From Verrucomicrobiota bacterium (GTDB lineage: Bacteria; Verrucomicrobiota; Verrucomicrobiia; Limisphaerales; CANJSG01), in contig CANJSG010000002.1 of assembly GCA_947476875.1 (NCBI GenBank), positions 1,926-65,925 on the forward strand: a stretch of 64,000 nt of DNA, read 5' to 3'. Both the position numbers and the translations under genes were made by a program. A model generated the notes under the pieces. It did no database searches, had not been told where the DNA came from, and saw nothing but the letters and a program-made list of their open reading frames with translations. Shown piece by piece: positions 47,414-55,177 of the stretch (positions within the stretch are counted from its first letter, which is position 1; the number at the start of each line of letters is the position of its first letter).

Positions 47414-47593
47414 ATGGTGAGCCCCGACTAGGAAACCGTCGGCAGCATCGACCTCGGCTACGTGACCCTGCCGCTAGTGCTGCTCTTCGCCGGACGCGGC
47501 CGCCGTGTGCTGGGCTTCGACATCGACATCGACGAGGCCAAATTCTCCGGGCTCAACCCGGGCGAAAGCGACATCCTGCACATCGCCGCCCCA
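47414..47593 (+). pseudogene. Remnant of a nucleotide-sugar (UDP-glucose/ManNAc-type) dehydrogenase N-terminus
   Basis: The frame reads MVSPD-TAG-ETVGSIDLGYVTLPLVLLFAGRGRRVLGFDIDIDEAKFSGLNPGESDILHIA. This matches the xIxVIGLGYVGLPLAxxFAxxGxxVIGFDIDxxKVxxLNxGxSxIxxI Rossmann start. It has an in-frame TAG at codon 6 and a degenerate glycine motif. Only about 55 codons remain before it runs into the convergent gene at 47606. Confidence 0.7.
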
Positions 47594-47605
47594 CCTCAAG
47601 ACCGG

Positions 47606-48094
47606 TCATTGCCGGTCCGCTTCTTCGGCTTCGGACTTGGCGGCGTCGGCGTCGATGTAGCGCTTCACGAAATACCACATGCTGACGACGGGGATGACGA
47701 AGAACGGGACCATGATGAGGCCGGAGCGGACGTCGGCCCGCTTCTCAGGCCGGACGAACTTCATCGGGTAAAGAAAAGCGAAGACCGCCGCGAAGATCAG
47801 GACCGCCGAGACGACCTTGAACGTCTTCATCCGTTTGACCGTGGCCGCCGAATCGGAAGCGTCGGAGCCCAGTTGAAACGCCGCCTGCCAGTAGAACATG
47901 CCCAGGCCCACACCCACGGCGAACGCGGCGACGACCCAGCCGCTCCAGACGAAGCGGAAGCTTCCGTCGACGTTTTCAACGGACGCCAGCGAGGCGAGCA
48001 TCAGGCCCAACCCGCCCGACGTGGCCAGCATGGCCGTGCGCAGGAATCCGGTGGAAGTGGCGGACGGTGGAACGAGCGTGTCCTGAGTTTTCAT
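47606..48094 (-). CDS. Hypothetical 4-TM membrane protein
   Basis: 162 aa with four hydrophobic helices and an acidic C-terminus (DADAAKSEAEEADRQ). No family recognised. Confidence 0.55.
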   Translation of the reverse strand: MKTQDTLVPPSATSTGFLRTAMLATSGGLGLMLASLASVENVDGSFRFVWSGWVVAAFAVGVGLGMFYWQAAFQLGSDASDSAATVKRMKTFKVVSAVLIFAAVFAFLYPMKFVRPEKRADVRSGLIMVPFFVIPVVSMWYFVKRYIDADAAKSEAEEADRQ

Positions 48095-48202
48095 TGGGGT
48101 AGGCAGAGTTCCACGGATGCGGAGGTCCGACTACACCATTGCAAAGGTAGAAGCCGGGGTGATGGCCCCAGCTGACCCGATGATGAGCAGTGGACGAACG
48201 CT

Positions 48203-49261
48203 CTATTCCACCCGGCAGACGCCCGTGCCCTTGGTGATCTCGCCGATGATCCAGGCCTTGTGCTTCTCGGCCCGGATGAGCTTGAGCACGGCTTCGGTCT
48301 CGTCCTGCGTGACGATGGCCACCATGCCGATGCCCATGTTGAAGACCTGATACAACTCGGCTTCATCGACCCCGCCCTTCTCGCGGATGATCTGGAAGAT
48401 CGGGAGCATGTCCCATGTTCCCTTGTAGACCACGGCGTCGAGCTTCGCCGGCAGCACGCGCGGGATGTTGTCCACGAAACCGCCGCCGGTGATGTGGGCG
48501 AAGGATTTCACGGCATCGGGCTGGCCGACCTTGTTGAACTTCTTCACCAGCTTCTGCACGAGCGGGCCGTAGGTGACGTGCGTCGCGAGCAGCGCCTCGC
48601 CGATGGTGGTGCCGAGTTCCGCCACCTTGCTGGTGGGTTTCAGCTTCAACTGGTCGAAGAAAATCTTCCGGCCGAGCGAATAGCCGTTGGTGTGGAGGCC
48701 GCTGGATTCGATGCCGATGATGACGTCGTCGCGTTTGACCGTCTTCTGGCCGTTGAGCATCCGGGTCTTGTCCACGACGCCGACGATGGTGCCGCTGACG
48801 TCGTATTCGCCGGCCTGGTAGAAACCGGGCATCTGGGCGGTCTCGCCGCCGACGAGCGCGCAGCCGTTCTTCGCGCAGCCGCGGACGAAGCCCTTGATGA
48901 TCTCCTTGAAGACGTGGGGCTCCAGCTTGCCGGTGCCCAGGTAGTCGAGGAAGAAGAGCGGTTCCGCGCCGAGCACCGCGATGTCGTTCACGCAGTGGTT
49001 CACCAGGTCCTCGCCGATGGTGTCGTGGCGGTCCATGGCGAAGGCGATCTTGAGCTTGGTGCCGACGCCGTCGACGGAGCTGACGAGGATGGGCTGCTTG
49101 TGCTTCTTCACATCGAGCGCGAAAAGGCCGCCGAAGCCGCCGACCTTGCCGAGGACTTCACGGCGATGGGTGGAGGCGAGCAGCGCGGGCAGCGTGCTTT
49201 TGACTTGGTTGCCGAGGTCGATGTCGACGCCAGCGGCGGCGTAGGCTTTCTGTTTGCTCAT
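48203..49261 (-). CDS. purM: Phosphoribosylformylglycinamidine cyclo-ligase (AIR synthetase)
   Basis: 352 aa. YAAAGVDIDLGN, GGFGGLF, DGVGTKLK and FLDYLG are all classic PurM blocks. Confidence 0.95.
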   Translation of the reverse strand: MSKQKAYAAAGVDIDLGNQVKSTLPALLASTHRREVLGKVGGFGGLFALDVKKHKQPILVSSVDGVGTKLKIAFAMDRHDTIGEDLVNHCVNDIAVLGAEPLFFLDYLGTGKLEPHVFKEIIKGFVRGCAKNGCALVGGETAQMPGFYQAGEYDVSGTIVGVVDKTRMLNGQKTVKRDDVIIGIESSGLHTNGYSLGRKIFFDQLKLKPTSKVAELGTTIGEALLATHVTYGPLVQKLVKKFNKVGQPDAVKSFAHITGGGFVDNIPRVLPAKLDAVVYKGTWDMLPIFQIIREKGGVDEAELYQVFNMGIGMVAIVTQDETEAVLKLIRAEKHKAWIIGEITKGTGVCRVE

Positions 49262-49325
49262 GAGCGGGCCGAGTTAAGGGACTCCGGAGATGGGAATCAA
49301 TGCGCGAGACTGGAGGGGGAAAACG

Positions 49326-49406
49326 GATACCGGATCCCGGATGCCAGATACCGGATTTGGCCCTCGCGCAGATCGGCGCCGTGTCCGGCATCTGGCATCT
49401 GGCATC
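49326..49406. repeat. Composite repeat region between the MFS gene and purM
   Basis: Direct repeat GATACCGGAT at 49326-49335 and 49347-49356. 16-nt inverted-repeat arms GATGCCAGATACCGGA (49340-49355) and TCCGGCATCTGGCATC (49384-49399) with one mismatch, which becomes a G-U wobble on the minus-strand RNA. Heptad CATCTGG x2.5 at 49389-49406. Confidence 0.8.
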
Positions 49407-49412
49407 GCTTGG

Positions 49413-50702
49413 TTATTCCGGCAACGCCCGCCCCTTCGTCTCCGGAGCGAACCAGATCAGGATCATGCCCAAGACATACACGAAGGCGATGGTCTCGCCG
49501 GCGGCGGCGTAGGTGTTCACCCCGGGGAACTTCTCCTTGAAGAAGCCCATCAGCGCCGGCATCTGCCACGCCCCGGCGGCGGCGAGGATGCGGCCGAAGT
49601 TGAAGGCCAGTCCTTGTCCGGTCGCACGGATGCGGGTCGGGAAAATCTCCGGCAGATACAGCGGCAACCAGCCGTAGAATGATGCCGTGGTGACGCCCGT
49701 GAAGAAGACGGCGACAAAAAACCCGGTGGTCACCTCGCTGAATCCGCGGAAGAGCCATTGGCAGACTCCCAGCGCCGCGAGGCAGAGGAAGAAGTAGGTG
49801 ATGCGCCGGCCGATGGCCCCGCCGATGAGCGCGGCCAACATGCAGCCCACGGCCGCGCCGGTCGATTGCCAGAACTGGCTCCATGCTTTGACCGCCGGCT
49901 GTTTGCCGCCGGTCATCTGGTCGGCCCAGAGGGGAATCCACTGCACGATTCCCCACGTGACGATCAAAGCCACCGAGGCGAAGGCGATGGCCAGCAGGGT
50001 GGTCTTCAACAACGCAGGGGAAAACACTTCCATGGCCGAGGACTTGCCCGACTTCTTGACCGACGCCTGCCACGCCTCCGACTCGGGAACGAACAGACGG
50101 ATCAAGAACGTCAATGCCGCCGGGGCCGCGCCCACCATCATGACCCAGCGCCACGAATCGTTCGAGATCGGGAAAAAGATCCCGATCATCGCGATGAGGC
50201 AGTAGCCGAGGTTCGCCGCCGCGCCAATCAATCCGGCCATGAGCGGGCGTTTGTCAGAAGGCCACGTCTCCATCACCAGCGCCACGCCGAGGGCCCATTC
50301 GCCGCCCATGCCCAGCGCCGCGATGAAGCGTAATGCGGCCAGGTGCCACGGCGCCGTCGCGAAGTAGCACAGGCCCGTGAAGATCGAGTAGGCCAGGATG
50401 CTCCAGGTCATCGCCTTCACCCGGCCGATGCGGTCGCCGAGCCAGCCGAAGACCAACCCGCCAGCCGCCGCGCCGAGCAGGAAGAGCGCGGTCACGATGC
50501 CCATCCACGATTGGACGAACTTCTCGTCGGCGATCCCGGCCGTCGCCTGCATCTGCTGGAGCGCGGGCCGGGCCACGAGCGGGAAGATGCCCATCTCCAT
50601 GCCGTCGAACATCCAGCCGAGGAACGCGGCGGCGATGGTCATGTAGCGGGCACGGGGAGTGATGGTGCTGGCTGCGGGGATCATTCTCCGGACAGAAACC
50701 AC
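49413..50702 (-). CDS. MFS transporter
   Basis: About 12 TM helices. GWLGDRIGRVK is the MFS loop 2-3 signature. The start is uncertain (50702, 50684 or 50642). Confidence 0.85.
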   Translation of the reverse strand: MVSVRRMIPAASTITPRARYMTIAAAFLGWMFDGMEMGIFPLVARPALQQMQATAGIADEKFVQSWMGIVTALFLLGAAAGGLVFGWLGDRIGRVKAMTWSILAYSIFTGLCYFATAPWHLAALRFIAALGMGGEWALGVALVMETWPSDKRPLMAGLIGAAANLGYCLIAMIGIFFPISNDSWRWVMMVGAAPAALTFLIRLFVPESEAWQASVKKSGKSSAMEVFSPALLKTTLLAIAFASVALIVTWGIVQWIPLWADQMTGGKQPAVKAWSQFWQSTGAAVGCMLAALIGGAIGRRITYFFLCLAALGVCQWLFRGFSEVTTGFFVAVFFTGVTTASFYGWLPLYLPEIFPTRIRATGQGLAFNFGRILAAAGAWQMPALMGFFKEKFPGVNTYAAAGETIAFVYVLGMILIWFAPETKGRALPE

Positions 50703-50774
50703 GTCCCGCGCGACGAAGGCAACCGGAAATCCAACCAGTCAGACAGGCGAACGCGGTCGAACGATGCCATTGAA

Positions 50775-50998
50775 GGTAGGGCGGGCTTCCAGCCTGCCCC
50801 CTTGCTGACCGGGATACCCACACCGGCGGACGTCCTGATGCGTCCGTATCATCTGGTTCCAAGACGCGAGCTTCTTGGGCAGGCAAGAGGCACTGCCCTA
50901 CCTTGAAGCAGTTCGACCCCGTCCGGGGTCGAATCTGTCACCGATGCAAGGCCCGCAGGTTTCACCTGCGGCTAGTCACATTCGGCCTCTCCGAGGCC
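50775..50998. repeat. Cluster of GC-rich stem-loops (REP-like element or structured RNA candidate)
   Basis: Six hairpins:
- GGGCGGGCT-tcc-AGCCTGCCC (50779-50799).
- CGGACG-n8-CGTCCG (50827-50846).
- GGGCAG-n10-CTGCCC (50877-50898).
- TTCGACCCC-gtcc-GGGGTCGAA (50912-50933).
- CCGCAGGT-ttc-ACCTGCGG (50953-50971).
- GGCCTC-tcc-GAGGCC (50984-50998).
In addition, an outer inverted repeat AAGGTAGGGC (50773-50782) / GCCCTACCTT (50895-50904) flanks the first three. Confidence 0.7.
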
Positions 50999-51041
50999 CC
51001 TTGCCTTGCCGTGGGCACGATGACGATCCACCCTTTCCAGC

Positions 51042-52424
51042 ATGAGGGAGCCAGCCGAACCCCGCCGTCGACCCCGCCTGCAGCGCTGGCATTGGATCGT
51101 CATCGTTCTCCTGCTGCCCTTTGTCGCCGGAATCGTCGCGGTGAAGATCCGGCGGCACGGGTTGGAAAAGGAGATCGCCCGCGAGTTGGCCGCCATCCGC
51201 GCCCGTGGCGAACCGGTCACGCCGGAGGAACTGGACGCGTGGTATCCGAAGGTGCCCGACGCCCAGAACGGCGCCCTCGTGATCACCCAAGCCTTTGCCA
51301 TGGCGTCGGAAATCGAGAAACGCGGCTCCGAAAACCTCAGCGATCTGTTCAAACTGACGAGCCAGCGAACCCTTTCGGACGAGTCGTTGATACAGGTTCG
51401 ACAGGCCGTTTCCGCACGCGAGCCTGCCCTGCGCCGGCTCCAAACGGGACTCGAAGGGGATTCCTTCCGCTACCCGATCGAGTTTACCAACGGCCTTTTT
51501 ACCACGCTGCCCCACCTTGGTAGATTGCGGAGCGCGGCCCAAATACTGGCGCTTGAAGCTCGTCTAGCCGTGGCCGACCAGAGGCCCGATCTCGCGGCCG
51601 AACGCCTGGCCAACGGATTGAAACTGGCGGAGACCCTCGAGAACGAGCCGTTGCTGATTTCCTTCCTCGTCCGATCCGCCTGCCTGGAAATCACGCAAGA
51701 GCAAGCCGCCCACTGCCTGACCATCGGCACGTTCGACGACCGCAGCCTTGCTCGCCTGGAGAAAGCGCTGGTCGAGGACAGTTCCGGAACAGGATTCAGC
51801 CGTGCAATGATCGGAGAACGATCCTGGGGATTGTCGGCATTCTCAATGGCCACCAACACTGCGGGCCTCATTCAGTTGGGAATGCTTACGGGAGGCGCGC
51901 CAGGGTCGGGGTGGGCCCCGGAGTCGATCAAACGGTGGTTCGAATTCTACGCTTACCGCGGCCTTGCGACGGATGCTGAGGATCACCTCCACTACATCCG
52001 CAGCATGACGGCGATCATCGAAGCCCACCGATTGCCGCCGGAGCAGCGGCTGTCCGCGGTCAGCAACGCAATGTGGAACGGCATCTCGGCACCCGGAACG
52101 AGCCGGTTTCTGATTTCACAGATGATGATGCCGGAACTGGAACGGGCAGCGTTGCGGGATTTGAAGATGTTGGCCGGGACAAGGTGCTTCCGGACAGCCC
52201 TCACCCTCGAACGCTTCCGCCTCGGATCCGGCGGCACGGCGCCCGACTCGCTGGACGAACTGGTGCCGAAGCATCTCGCCGCCGTCCCGGCCGATCCCTT
52301 CACCGGCCAACCGCTCCGCTACAGTCGCAACGGCAAGGGCTACGTGGTCTACAGCATCGGAGAGAACGCCCTCGATGACCACGGCGACGCCAAGCTGGAC
52401 GTCGCGTTCATCGTGGAGAAGTAG
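51042..52424 (+). CDS. Hypothetical N-terminally anchored protein with a pseudopilin-like C-terminal motif
   Basis: 460 aa. TM anchor WHWIVIVLLLPFVAGIVAV and a helical middle region. The C-terminal DPFTGQPLRYSRNGKGYVVYSIGENALDDHGD resembles the tail of GspG-type pseudopilins. No prepilin cleavage motif. Confidence 0.6.
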   Translation: MREPAEPRRRPRLQRWHWIVIVLLLPFVAGIVAVKIRRHGLEKEIARELAAIRARGEPVTPEELDAWYPKVPDAQNGALVITQAFAMASEIEKRGSENLSDLFKLTSQRTLSDESLIQVRQAVSAREPALRRLQTGLEGDSFRYPIEFTNGLFTTLPHLGRLRSAAQILALEARLAVADQRPDLAAERLANGLKLAETLENEPLLISFLVRSACLEITQEQAAHCLTIGTFDDRSLARLEKALVEDSSGTGFSRAMIGERSWGLSAFSMATNTAGLIQLGMLTGGAPGSGWAPESIKRWFEFYAYRGLATDAEDHLHYIRSMTAIIEAHRLPPEQRLSAVSNAMWNGISAPGTSRFLISQMMMPELERAALRDLKMLAGTRCFRTALTLERFRLGSGGTAPDSLDELVPKHLAAVPADPFTGQPLRYSRNGKGYVVYSIGENALDDHGDAKLDVAFIVEK

Positions 52425-52492
52425 CCGGCGGCGTTTTGGGCGGCCGCTGCGGGGCTGCGCCGCCGCCTTGAATTTCGCGGCCACTCTGTAAT

Positions 52493-52506
52493 CGCCACCG
52501 GTGGCG
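52493..52506. promoter_or_regulatory. 14-bp perfect palindrome CGCCACCGGTGGCG, 24 nt upstream of the SPFH-HTH start (candidate operator)
   Basis: Read directly from the sequence. A palindrome of this length is expected a few times by chance in 64 kb, so only its position is suggestive. Confidence 0.3.
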
Positions 52507-52529
52507 GCCGGGCTTATCACCATTTCGAA

Positions 52530-53609
52530 ATGAGCATCCTTAATTTCCTCAAGGGTCAGGCCCTCGAAGTCATCGAGTGGAACGACGATTCGCGCGACAC
52601 TCTTTCCTACCGCTGGCCTGATGAAGACAAGGCCATCAAACGCGGCGCCCAGCTCATCGTGCGCGAATCGCAGGCCGCGCAGTTCGTCTACCTCGGCGAG
52701 TTCGGCGACACCTTCGGCCCGGGCAAACACACCCTCGTCACCGAGAACATCCCGATCCTGACCAAGCTGAAGTCGTGGAAATACGCCTTCGACGTGCCGT
52801 TCAAGGCGGACGTCTACTACGTCGTCACCCGCACCTTCACCGGCAACAAGTGGGGCACGGCCAACCCGGTGATGATGCGCGATCCGGACTTCGGCATCGT
52901 CCGCGCCCGGGCCTACGGCATCTACGACTTCAAGATCGTGGAGCCGCGCACGTTCCTGAAGGAGGTCGCGGGCACGGACAACCATTTCCGGCTGGATGAA
53001 TTCCAGGAGACGATGCGGTCGAAGATCATCTCCGTCTTCAGCGAGGCGCTGGCCAGTTCCAAGGTGCCCGTGCTCGACGTGGCCATGCGTTACGGCGAAC
53101 TCGGCGATGCGCTCCTGCCCGTCATCAACCCGATCACCCGTGCCAAATACGGCATCGAAATCACGAACTTCGTGGTCGAGAACGTCTCCGTCCCGCCCGA
53201 GGTCGAGCAGGCCATCGACAAACGCTCCAGCATGGGCGCGATCGGCAACCTGAACGACTACGTGAAATTCCAGCTCGCGCAGGGCCTCGGCCAACCCGGT
53301 GGCGGCGGGGCCAGCGGCACGGCTGCGGAACTGGCGGTGGGCTTCGGCCTCGCGCAGCAGTTGATGAAGGACGGCGGCCTCACCGGCGCGGCCACGCCGC
53401 CACCGCTCCCCGGCGCGCCTGCCACCCAGCCTGCGGCCGCAGCGGCCCCGGCGTTTGAACTGCTCAGCCCGGCCGATGCGGCGAAGCTGCTCGGCGTGAG
53501 CGAAGCCGACGTGATGGCGAGCGTCACCGACGGCAGCCTCAAGGCGAAGAAGATCGGCAGCGCCTATCGGATCACGAAGACCGCGTTGGACGAGTTTCTG
53601 AAGGGTTGA
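52530..53609 (+). CDS. SPFH/Band-7 (YdjI/COG4260-like) protein fused to a C-terminal excisionase-type HTH
   Basis: 359 aa. The N-terminal part (about 270 aa; VIEWNDDSRDTLSYRWP ... LIVRESQAAQFVYLGE ... GTANPVMMRDPDFGIVRARAYGIYDFKI) matches the YdjI-like SPFH family. A Gly/Ala/Pro linker follows. The C-terminus is LLSPADAAKLLGVSEADVMASVTDGSLKAKKIGSAYRITKTALDEFL (HTH_17-like). Confidence 0.75.
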   Translation: MSILNFLKGQALEVIEWNDDSRDTLSYRWPDEDKAIKRGAQLIVRESQAAQFVYLGEFGDTFGPGKHTLVTENIPILTKLKSWKYAFDVPFKADVYYVVTRTFTGNKWGTANPVMMRDPDFGIVRARAYGIYDFKIVEPRTFLKEVAGTDNHFRLDEFQETMRSKIISVFSEALASSKVPVLDVAMRYGELGDALLPVINPITRAKYGIEITNFVVENVSVPPEVEQAIDKRSSMGAIGNLNDYVKFQLAQGLGQPGGGGASGTAAELAVGFGLAQQLMKDGGLTGAATPPPLPGAPATQPAAAAAPAFELLSPADAAKLLGVSEADVMASVTDGSLKAKKIGSAYRITKTALDEFLKG

Positions 53610-53627
53610 TGAGCCGCGGGGGTCCCA

Positions 53628-53852
53628 ATGCTTGAATTGCTCGAACTCCTCTTTGAACTGCTGTTCCACCTGATCGACGGCGCGGAGCTCCTCGAATACT
53701 GGCGCTTCTTTCTGCCGTTCTTTGCGGGGCTGGCGCTGAGCGTCTGGATATTCGGACGCTTCGCCAATCATATGGCTGGCGTCCTTTTGGCGGCCCCAGT
53801 GTTGATCGCTTCGACGGTGCTGGGTGTGATCTGGGAGCGGAACGCCGAATGA
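53628..53852 (+). CDS. 74-aa two-TM mini-protein (paralog 1)
   Basis: ATG 53628, 18 nt after the SPFH stop. Amphipathic N-terminus LELLELLFELLFHL, a WRF motif, two hydrophobic helices, and GVIWERNAE at the end. Same length as the next ORF and alignable to it without gaps. Confidence 0.6.
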   Translation: MLELLELLFELLFHLIDGAELLEYWRFFLPFFAGLALSVWIFGRFANHMAGVLLAAPVLIASTVLGVIWERNAE

Positions 53853-54073
53853 GTTCGATGCATGCGATTCTTGAACTGATTTTCGACCTACTCACGCAGC
53901 TTGGGCCTGCGTGGGATCAATGGCGCTTCGTCGTCTGCTTTGTCGGCGGGGTAGGAGTGGCGGCAATTTGCTGGATGCAGCTGCCAGCGCACTTCTCGAC
54001 TCAGTTGCTTTCCGTTGGAGCAATTCTCGCCGGCGTGGTCGCTGGGGTTGTATGGCAACGCTCTGTAAAATGA
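53849..54073 (+). CDS. 74-aa two-TM mini-protein (paralog 2)
   Basis: Its ATG overlaps the stop of paralog 1 (ATGA at 53849-53852). It shares W25-R26-F27, H48, L53-L54 and G66-V67-x-W69-x-R71 with paralog 1. Confidence 0.6.
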   Translation: MSSMHAILELIFDLLTQLGPAWDQWRFVVCFVGGVGVAAICWMQLPAHFSTQLLSVGAILAGVVAGVVWQRSVK

Positions 54074-54079
54074 CCTGAC

Positions 54080-55177
54080 ATGTCCGAAATCCTCGCCCGT
54101 GACAAATACCACTGCCCGACCTGCGGGGCCGACGCGCATTGGAACGCCGCCAAGCAGGCCCTCGTCTGTCCCTACTGCGGGACCGTCTCACCCGCCCAGC
54201 TCACGACGGACGGAGAGATCGTGGAGCACGATCTCGTCGCGGCCATGCGTTCCGTGCCCGACGACCAGCGCGGACTTAACACCGAGCGCGTCTCGGTAAA
54301 GTGCCAGAGCTGCCAGGCCATCTCGTCCTTCGAGCCGAACCGCGTCGCGCAGAACTGCGATTTCTGCGGCTCGGCCCAGCTGGTGCCCTACGAGCAGACC
54401 AAGGCCGTCATCCGTCCGGAAAGCCTGCTGCCCTTTAAGCTGGCCGACTCGGCGGTGCGCGACCAGATCCGTGCGTGGTATGGCAACCGTTGGTTCGCCC
54501 CGAGCGCCCTCAAGTCCCGCGCCCTGACCGACACCCTCAAGGGTGTTTACCTGCCCTATTGGACCTTCGATGCCAAGGTTCACGCCGACTGGACGGCCGA
54601 GTCCGGCTACTACTACTACGAGACCGAGAGCTACACCGATTCGCAGGGCAACCGCCAGACGCGCCAAGTGCAGCGGATCCGCTGGCAGTGGAGCAGCGGT
54701 TCGTTGAACCACTTCTTCGACGACAACCTCGTCGCCGGAACCAGGGGCACGCATCCCACGCTGCTGGAGAAGATCGAGCCGTTTCCCACCAAGGAACTTA
54801 TCCCCTACGACGCCGGCTACCTCGCGGGCTGGGTCGTCGAGCAATACCAGGTGGATCTGACTTCGGCCGCGCAGACTTCGCGCGACGAGATGGACGCGCA
54901 GGTCCGCGCCATGTGCGCCCGTGACGTTCCCGGCGACACCCACCGCAATCTCAATGTCGACGCGACCTACAGCGACATGACCTTCAAGCACGTGCTCGTG
55001 CCGGTGTGGCTGGTCTCCTACGTCTATGGCAGCAAGAGTTACCAGGTCCTCGTCAATGGACAGACGGGGCAGATTGCGGGCGACCGCCCCTACAGCTTCT
55101 GGAAAATCTTCTTCCTCGTCCTAGGCATCGCCGCGCTCGTTGGTCTGTTCGCGCTCGTCGCGGCGGCGAAACAGTGA
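54080..55177 (+). CDS. Double zinc-ribbon (TFIIB-type) protein with a C-terminal TM anchor, YdjG-like
   Basis: 365 aa. CPTCG-x15-CPYCG and CQSCQ-x14-CDFCG ribbons, a conserved middle region (LPYWTFDAKVHADW), and a C-terminal TM segment IFFLVLGIAALVGLFALVAAA. Confidence 0.75.
   Translation: MSEILARDKYHCPTCGADAHWNAAKQALVCPYCGTVSPAQLTTDGEIVEHDLVAAMRSVPDDQRGLNTERVSVKCQSCQAISSFEPNRVAQNCDFCGSAQLVPYEQTKAVIRPESLLPFKLADSAVRDQIRAWYGNRWFAPSALKSRALTDTLKGVYLPYWTFDAKVHADWTAESGYYYYETESYTDSQGNRQTRQVQRIRWQWSSGSLNHFFDDNLVAGTRGTHPTLLEKIEPFPTKELIPYDAGYLAGWVVEQYQVDLTSAAQTSRDEMDAQVRAMCARDVPGDTHRNLNVDATYSDMTFKHVLVPVWLVSYVYGSKSYQVLVNGQTGQIAGDRPYSFWKIFFLVLGIAALVGLFALVAAAKQ

Noticed and set aside
49389-49406. CATCTGG heptad repeats as a possible CRISPR array or microsatellite
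   Set aside because: There are only 2.5 copies of a 7-mer with no spacers, which is far too short for a CRISPR array. I kept it only as part of the composite repeat.
50912-50933. tRNA T-arm-like sequence (GGGGTCGAATC)
   Set aside because: The loop is 4 nt (gtcc) between 9-bp arms, not a 7-nt TPsiC loop. No acceptor, D or anticodon arms could be built around it on either strand.
50903-51523. 206-aa plus-strand ORF covering the hairpin-rich intergenic region
   Set aside because: It reads through the stem-loop cluster and then out of frame into the 51042 gene. The composition is Arg/Pro-rich. The region is better explained as non-coding.
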